The position numbers and the translations under genes are program-made. DNA of 63,707 bases, counting the filler. It is 9 parts of 9 records of this genome, joined end to end, with 100 filler letters (N's around TTAATTAATTAA, not from the genome) between each part and the next. Parts side by side here need not be neighbours in the genome. Positions count along the whole stretch, not along the records: positions 58,310 to 63,707 come from SRR31147125_51918; 8 more parts are not named here. One strand, written 5' to 3'. Numbering within the stretch: the stretch's first letter is position 1; each line of letters starts with the position of its first letter. Shown in pieces: positions 63,601 to 63,707 of the stretch. The notes beneath the pieces are model-generated. The model worked only from the letters and a program-made list of their open reading frames with translations, was not told the origin of the DNA and did no database searches.

Positions 63601-63707
63601 TCACACCCGATGAGAGTTCCCCCTCCACGGAAGGAGTGGCGAGCCATCGAAACAGGTGTGTTCTTAGGGCGGTTGAAGATGGGATGGGATGGGATGGGAT
63701 GGGGTGG

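Noticed and set aside
58310-63707. (CCCAT)n at the left end and (GATGG)n at the right end as telomeres of a nanochromosome
   Set aside because: The left repeat follows a GT donor after the third dsRBD exon, so it is intronic, and the contig is rich in other microsatellites. Assembly breakage at repeats is the simpler explanation.

Overview
The window is nine unrelated metagenomic contigs joined by artificial 100-nt N44-TTAATTAATTAA-N44 linkers, so gene neighbourhoods only hold within a contig. Taxon labels below are my inference from composition and gene content. (1) 1-7700, Desulfuromonadales-like: ICL2-type isocitrate lyase, two hexaheme c7-type cytochromes, RelA/SpoT-TPR protein, dipeptide epimerase. 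(2) 7801-16106: amino-sugar ABC uptake and catabolism operon. (3) 16207-24419, Desulfobacterales-like: PilZ, MBOAT plus AlgX-like/SASA fusion, GAF protein. (4) 24520-31193, AT-rich, KSB1/Calditrichota-like: secreted-protein operon with a trypsin-like protease and beta-propellers. (5) 31294-36486, Bacteroidales-like: TA pair and methyl/glycosyltransferases. (6) 36587-43954: lysine riboswitch, then M20 peptidase-lysC-dapB-dapA, and an MFS transporter. (7) 44055-50327, Desulfobacterales-like: purB, ArgA-like GNAT and a selenobiotic RiPP locus. (8) 50428-58209, Bacteroidales PUL fragment: FISUMP-GH29 fusion, sulfatase, GH127. (9) 58310-63707, eukaryotic with ~50-nt GT-AG introns: a triple-dsRBD gene and a FYVE+PH gene. 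The main find is a 73-codon RiPP precursor missed by the ORF track (48837-49058, minus). It has three in-frame UGA codons in S-[A/G]-U-S repeats, each followed at +20/21 nt by its own GGU-loop SECIS-like hairpin, and it sits directly upstream of a radical SAM/SPASM maturase. Many genes carry single-base frameshifts, often at homopolymers, which are probably sequencing errors.
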